Positions 54,355-64,000 of a DNA stretch of 64,000 nt are shown here, piece by piece (position 1 is the stretch's first letter; each line of letters starts with the position of its first letter). The position numbers and the translations under genes are program-made. The DNA lies in assembly GCF_050920415.1 (NCBI RefSeq), contig NZ_CP169309.1; one strand, 5' to 3'. The stretch comes from Escherichia coli. Lineage in GTDB: Bacteria > Pseudomonadota > Gammaproteobacteria > Enterobacterales > Enterobacteriaceae. The notes beneath the pieces were generated by a model that worked only from the letters and a program-made list of their open reading frames with translations, did no database searches and was not told the origin of the DNA.

Positions 54355-54535
54355 GCACACCCCGCGCCGCTGAGAAAAAGCGAAGCGGCACTGCTCTTTA
54401 ACAATTTATCAGGCAATCTGTGTGGGCACTCGAAGATACGGATTCTTAACGTCGCAAGACGAAAAATGAATACCAAGTCTCAAGAGTGAACACGTAATTC
54501 ATTACGAAGTTTAATTCTTTGAGCATCAAACTTTT

Positions 54536-56070
<1,535 letters not shown>

Positions 56071-56242
56071 CCTTAAAGAACTGTTCTTTGCAGTGCTCAC
56101 ACAGATTGTCTGATGAAAAGTGAATAGCAAGGCGTTTACGCGTTGGGAGTGAGGCTGAAGAGAATAAGGCCGTTCGCTTTCTGTTAATGAAAGCTCACCC
56201 TACACGAAAATATCACGCAGCGCGTGATAAGCAATTTTCGTG

Positions 56243-56318
56243 TCCCCTTCGTCTAGAGGCCCAGGACACCGCCCTTTCACGGCGGTAACAGGGGTTCGAA
56301 TCCCCTAGGGGACGCCAC
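56243..56318 (+). tRNA. gltW: tRNA-Glu (UUC) in 16S-23S spacer
   Basis: gtccccttcgtctagaggcccaggacaccgccctttcacggcggtaacaggggttcgaatcccctaggggacgcca. Confidence 0.95.
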
Positions 56319-56501
56319 TTGCTGGTTTGTGAGTGAAAGTCGCCGACCTTGATATCGTTAAAGATGACTTACGAGTCATGTTTAAGATATTTGCTCTTTA
56401 AAAATCTGGATCAAGCTGAAAATTGAAACACTGAACAACGAAAGTTGTTCGTGAGTCTCTCAAATTTTCGCAATCAGAAGTGAAACATCTTCGGGTTGTG
56501 A

Positions 56502-59401
<2,900 letters not shown>

Positions 59402-59494
59402 ACAACGCCGAAGATGTTTTGGCGGATTGAGAGAAGATTTTCAGCCTGATACAGATTAAATCAGAACGCAGAAGCGGTCTGATGAAACAGAATT

Positions 59495-59614
59495 TGCCTG
59501 GCGGCCTTAGCGCGGTGGTCCCACCTGACCCCATGCCGAACTCAGAAGTGAAACGCCGTAGCGCCGATGGTAGTGTGGGGTCTCCCCATGCGAGAGTAGG
59601 GAACTGCCAGGCAT
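59495..59614 (+). rRNA. rrf: 5S ribosomal RNA
   Basis: TGCCTGGCGGCC...GGAACTGCCAGGCAT, 120 nt. Confidence 0.95.
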
Positions 59615-59626
59615 CAAATTAAGCAG

Positions 59627-59653
59627 AAGGCCATCCGTCAGGATGGCCTTTTT
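59627..59653 (+). terminator. rrn operon terminator
   Basis: aaggccatcc-gtca-ggatggcctt followed by ttt. Confidence 0.6.
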
Positions 59654-59672
59654 GCGCTGGTGCGGAAAAAAT

Positions 59673-59709
59673 GCCGGATGCGACGCTGGCTGCATCTTAT
59701 CCGTCCTAC
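59673..59709. repeat. REP-like palindromic element
   Basis: gccggatgcgacgctggc...tcttatccg resembles E. coli REP consensus. Confidence 0.3.
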
Positions 59710-59938
59710 GCTCCCACATAAGCCAGATTCAACAGCGAATACGGCTTCCCCAACTTGCCCACTTCTATACGTCCTCCATACCTGAATTCTATACTGAAGA
59801 TCCTCAATAACTATTCCCCTGCTAACTAAATTCATGGTTAAGGTTGCATAATTACATGCAACAAATGTATAACATTTTCTTTGCCAAAAAATAACGATAA
59901 CCGATAAAGCATCGGATTACGGCAGGAGACATAATGGC

Positions 59939-61237
59939 ATGACTGAAAGTACTGTAACGGCAGACAGCAAACTGACAAGTAGTGATACTCGTCGCCGCAT
60001 CTGGGCAATTGTGGGGGCCTCTTCAGGTAATTTGGTCGAGTGGTTCGATTTCTATGTCTACTCGTTCTGTTCACTCTACTTCGCCCACATCTTCTTCCCT
60101 TCCGGGAACACGACGACTCAACTACTGCAAACAGCAGGTGTTTTTGCTGCGGGATTTCTGATGCGCCCAATAGGCGGTTGGCTATTTGGCCGGATAGCCG
60201 ATAAACATGGTCGCAAAAAATCGATGTTGTTATCGGTGTGTATGATGTGTTTCGGCTCACTGGTTATCGCCTGTTTGCCAGGCTACGAAACAATCGGTAC
60301 CTGGGCTCCGGCATTATTGCTTCTTGCTCGTTTATTCCAGGGATTATCCGTTGGCGGAGAATATGGCACCAGCGCCACCTATATGAGTGAAGTTGCCGTT
60401 GAAGGGCGCAAAGGTTTTTACGCATCATTTCAGTATGTGACGTTGATCGGCGGGCAACTGCTAGCTCTACTGGTTGTCGTGGTTTTACAACACACCATGG
60501 AAGACGCTGCACTCAGAGAGTGGGGATGGCGTATTCCTTTCGCGTTAGGAGCTGTGTTAGCTGTTGTGGCGTTGTGGTTACGTCGTCAGTTAGATGAAAC
60601 TTCACAACAAGAAACACGCGCTTTAAAAGAAGCTGGATCTCTGAAAGGATTATGGCGCAATCGCCGTGCATTCATCATGGTTCTCGGTTTTACCGCTGCG
60701 GGCTCCCTTTGTTTCTATACCTTCACCACTTATATGCAGAAGTATCTGGTAAATACTGCGGGAATGCATGCCAACGTGGCGAGTGGCATTATGACTGCCG
60801 CATTGTTTGTATTCATGCTTATTCAACCACTTATTGGCGCGCTGTCGGATAAGATTGGTCGTCGTACCTCAATGTTATGTTTCGGTTCTCTGGCAACCAT
60901 TTTTACCGTTCCTATTCTCTCAGCATTGCAGAACGTTTCTTCGCCTTATGCCGCTTTTGGTCTAGTGATGTGCGCCCTGCTGATAGTGAGTTTTTATACT
61001 TCAATCAGTGGAATACTAAAGGCTGAAATGTTCCCGGCACAGGTTCGCGCATTAGGTGTTGGTCTGTCGTATGCGGTCGCCAATGCTATATTTGGTGGCT
61101 CAGCAGAGTACGTAGCGTTGTCGCTGAAATCAATAGGAATGGAAACAGCCTTCTTCTGGTATGTGACCTTGATGGCCGTGGTGGCGTTTCTGGTTTCTTT
61201 GATGCTACATCGCAAAGGGAAGGGGATGCGCCTTTAA
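59939..61237 (+). CDS. kgtP: alpha-ketoglutarate permease (MFS)
   Basis: 432 aa, 12-TM MFS transporter. Confidence 0.9.
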   Translation: MTESTVTADSKLTSSDTRRRIWAIVGASSGNLVEWFDFYVYSFCSLYFAHIFFPSGNTTTQLLQTAGVFAAGFLMRPIGGWLFGRIADKHGRKKSMLLSVCMMCFGSLVIACLPGYETIGTWAPALLLLARLFQGLSVGGEYGTSATYMSEVAVEGRKGFYASFQYVTLIGGQLLALLVVVVLQHTMEDAALREWGWRIPFALGAVLAVVALWLRRQLDETSQQETRALKEAGSLKGLWRNRRAFIMVLGFTAAGSLCFYTFTTYMQKYLVNTAGMHANVASGIMTAALFVFMLIQPLIGALSDKIGRRTSMLCFGSLATIFTVPILSALQNVSSPYAAFGLVMCALLIVSFYTSISGILKAEMFPAQVRALGVGLSYAVANAIFGGSAEYVALSLKSIGMETAFFWYVTLMAVVAFLVSLMLHRKGKGMRL

Positions 61238-61557
61238 TTATGCGCCAACTGCCAGACGGTATAGCCAGTAGTTGCACCGGCGACATCCCAGGTAAAATCT
61301 TTCCAGCTCCAGCCGCTCCCCTCGGGGCGGCTATCCCAAAGTTCTTTTGACGCGCCCAGCCCAACAGAGAACATCAGCCCGAAAGTGGCACTGCGATCGC
61401 GACTCATCCCCTGATGCTGTGAATATTCATTTCCGGCAGCGGAAAGCATCGCCGAGGCGATAAAGTGTTGAGCTTTATCCTGCCCGCTCCAGCTATCGTT
61501 AGCCATATGGCTGCATCCAGAAAGTAACAATAGCGAACAGACAAAAAGAATACGCAA
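61234..61557 (-). CDS. yfiM: lipoprotein YfiM
   Basis: 107 aa, lipobox LLSGC. Confidence 0.8.
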   Translation of the reverse strand: MRILFVCSLLLLSGCSHMANDSWSGQDKAQHFIASAMLSAAGNEYSQHQGMSRDRSATFGLMFSVGLGASKELWDSRPEGSGWSWKDFTWDVAGATTGYTVWQLAHN

Positions 61558-61601
61558 AACGTGGCCTCCAAAAACAAACCCCGTACAGGACGGGGTTGTG
61601 A

Positions 61602-62957
61602 TTACAGGATGCGGCTAATTAATCGGTCGATGCGGATACGGCGCAAACGGCGGATAAGTTTACGAACCTTCACCGGATAATCGGCAATGCTTTGCAGATC
61701 GCGGTAGTGCTTAACGATGGTGGTATGCTCGCGGATCAGTTCCAGTTCTTTCTCACGCTGTGGCGCAAGTTCCAGTTGCGGATCGTGAATCAAAATGGCG
61801 TTTTCCAGATCCAGACGCCAGGCGCGTGGGTTCAGGTTATTGCCGGTGATCAGCATCCACTTATCATCAACCCACATCCCTTTCAGGTGATAGGTGTTGT
61901 CGTCGTCTTTCCATAACCGAACCACTAACTGGTCAGTATTGACGTAATACTGCAAACGGCTCAGGAAACGACGCAGATTGATCTCATAGAGATAAGGCAG
62001 TGCACCGATTATCTTGAAAGGTTCATCTTCCGGAATAAAGAAGTCATTCGCAGTTTTATCGCCAACAATAATTTCGACCTTTTTCCCTTCGCGCAGTAAC
62101 TGGATGATATTACGCACAAGGATTGCTGGCAGGTTGAAATATGGTGTACAAATGGTTAGTTTCTGCTCGGCACAAGGCATAAGATGGAAAATGGTCTTGT
62201 TCAACAGACTCGATTTCCCCAGACCTACCAACGGCGTTACGGAAAGCTGATCGTTGTCAGCATCGCCCTGGAAATGATAAGCGGCATCACGCAGCTCCTG
62301 GCGGAACAGACGAATATCGTTCTTGATTTCCGGGCTTTTTGGCCGATTAACATCATCCAGACGATTAACGCCGCGGCCATTCATAATATTCTGTGTAACC
62401 CATTCAAACATAATGTCTGACATCTTACGGTTACGGATCAGATGATAACGGTCGTAGCGATATTTATCGTGCTGATGCAGGTAAACATCGTTCAGGCTGG
62501 CACCGCTATAAAGTACGGTATCGTCGATGATAAAGCCTTTAAAGTGCAGGACGCCAAGGGCTTCACGGGTATTGATTGGAACGCCATAAACCGGAACATC
62601 TACGCCCGGATTTTCCTGCGCCATGCGGCAGTACCAGTCAGCGTTAGTATTAGACGCCGCAGCACCAATGCGTCCACGTTGTGCACGATGCCAGTCGACC
62701 AGCACCCGCACATCCAGTTCCGGACGCTGCCGTTTAGCCTCATACAACGCGTTCAGAATGCCTTTGCCACCGTCATCCTGTTCGAGATACAGGGCGACAA
62801 TGCAAATGCGCTGCTTCGCGCTGGCTATTTTTTCCAGCAGCGTCTCCCGGAAGTCGGCGGGAGCGTAAAAGAAATCGACATCATCAACTGATTGAGAAAT
62901 CTTGGGTAGTTGGGCAAGGTGTTGTTGATGTTTATTACGCTTAAATTTTGACAACAT
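61602..62957 (-). CDS. pssA: phosphatidylserine synthase
   Basis: 451 aa from [12 protein letters not shown]; PLD-type HKD motifs. Confidence 0.9.
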   Translation of the reverse strand: MLSKFKRNKHQQHLAQLPKISQSVDDVDFFYAPADFRETLLEKIASAKQRICIVALYLEQDDGGKGILNALYEAKRQRPELDVRVLVDWHRAQRGRIGAAASNTNADWYCRMAQENPGVDVPVYGVPINTREALGVLHFKGFIIDDTVLYSGASLNDVYLHQHDKYRYDRYHLIRNRKMSDIMFEWVTQNIMNGRGVNRLDDVNRPKSPEIKNDIRLFRQELRDAAYHFQGDADNDQLSVTPLVGLGKSSLLNKTIFHLMPCAEQKLTICTPYFNLPAILVRNIIQLLREGKKVEIIVGDKTANDFFIPEDEPFKIIGALPYLYEINLRRFLSRLQYYVNTDQLVVRLWKDDDNTYHLKGMWVDDKWMLITGNNLNPRAWRLDLENAILIHDPQLELAPQREKELELIREHTTIVKHYRDLQSIADYPVKVRKLIRRLRRIRIDRLISRIL

Positions 62958-63070
62958 CACAGTGCATTTCTTCTCTGTTCATTGAAGGGTCCTCTGTGCA
63001 ATGCAGACGACATAAGCGGGCAATAATAACACCAGTCCCGATTAAGTGGTCAACATTTCCAGTACCTTAC

Positions 63071-64000
63071 TCATGATTCCTCGCGCTGGGCAAGATTTAG
63101 CGTAAGCCCAACGATCCCCTCTTCGAGCTGGATATCAACGTTAAACCCGAGCTTGCGGGCCAGCGCCACCATGCCACGATTGTTTGGCATCGTAATACCA
63201 TTCAGACGTTGCAGTCCGTGATCTCGCGTATAGGTAATCAACTTTTCCATTAAGCGTCGACCTAAGCCTAACCCTTTGAGATCCGAGCGAACCAGCACGG
63301 CAAATTCGGCATCGATGTTATCAGGATCGGAGATCGCACGCGTGACGCCGAGGATCTCTTCCGTTTGATCAATACGTCGTACCGCTACAAACGCCATTTC
63401 CCGATCGTAGTCGATCTGCGTCATGTTGGCTAAATCTTCATGGGTAAATTCGTTGATCTCGCTAAAGTAGCGGTAATAAAGATCTTCTTTGGTGACTCGC
63501 GAAATGAATTGCTGAAGCTGTGGCTCATCTTCCGGCAAAATCGGGCGGAACAAGCAACGTTCGCCGTTTTTCAATTCTACCCATTCTTCCAGCTGATGAG
63601 GATAAGGGCGCACAGCCAGGCGACTCTCGTTATCGCCTTCAAACGGAGCGATATCCAGCGTGACATCAAGCGCGGTAAATTCATTGCCGGAAGCCAGCAA
63701 AGGATGAATATCCAGCCTCTGAATCTCCGGACAATCAACAATCAAGTTAGAAACCTGCACCAGTAACTGGCTTAATCCCGCCACATCCAGCGGGCGTAGC
63801 GCACTACGCGCACGAATCTTTTTACTTTTGATCCCCTGAATGACCAGATAACGTGCCAGGTTCATGTTCAGCGGCGGTAGTGCGACGACGGCTTGATCTT
63901 CAGGACGCCACTCCACACCGCCTTCGCCCAGCATGATCAACGGTCCGAAAACCGGATCGTGCTCAACCACTACTCGCAACTCCTGAGCGCCAGCACGGTT
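63071..64000 (-). CDS. patZ: protein lysine acetyltransferase PatZ/YfiQ, C-terminal part (5' end beyond window)
   Basis: 302 aa ORF is the GNAT-containing C-terminus; frame remains open to the window edge. Confidence 0.85.
   Translation of the reverse strand, partial: NRAGAQELRVVVEHDPVFGPLIMLGEGGVEWRPEDQAVVALPPLNMNLARYLVIQGIKSKKIRARSALRPLDVAGLSQLLVQVSNLIVDCPEIQRLDIHPLLASGNEFTALDVTLDIAPFEGDNESRLAVRPYPHQLEEWVELKNGERCLFRPILPEDEPQLQQFISRVTKEDLYYRYFSEINEFTHEDLANMTQIDYDREMAFVAVRRIDQTEEILGVTRAISDPDNIDAEFAVLVRSDLKGLGLGRRLMEKLITYTRDHGLQRLNGITMPNNRGMVALARKLGFNVDIQLEEGIVGLTLNLAQREES

Overview
This window is Escherichia coli-type DNA in two parts. Positions 1 to about 29,000 are the right-hand ~29 kb of a P2/186-like myovirus prophage lying at the 3' end of the tmRNA gene ssrA; the int/immunity end is outside the window. 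The rest is conserved chromosome in reverse K-12 order: smpB, ratAB, bamE, recN, nadK, grpE, yfjD, ypjD, ffh, rpsP-rimM-trmD-rplS, yfiBNR, yfiL, aroF-tyrA, pheLA, raiA, bamD, rluD, yfiH, clpB, an rRNA operon (16S, tRNA-Glu, 23S, 5S), kgtP, yfiM, pssA and partial patZ. The prophage has a complete P2-type late-gene backbone (portal to Ogr) with TGT-N12-ACA late-promoter boxes, a pinholin/SAR-endolysin/spanin lysis cassette, an E/E' slippery site and a Hin/Gin-type invertible tail-fibre segment. Its accessory content is the most interesting part: a LexA-boxed tum/DinI-like module, an orphan lipoprotein, a 2.1 kb IS21-family element with target-site duplication, a zinc-ribbon + DUF4145-like orphan gene between the putative cos and the portal gene, an AT-rich antisense orphan between tail genes S and V, and a WYL-like/BRCT orphan between ogr and ssrA. 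These orphans are the best candidates for undescribed phage-encoded defence or exclusion functions. A truncated IS4 copy sits between raiA and bamD. No CRISPR array was seen. All calls rest on reading the sequence and ORF track and on recalled protein families; no searches were run.
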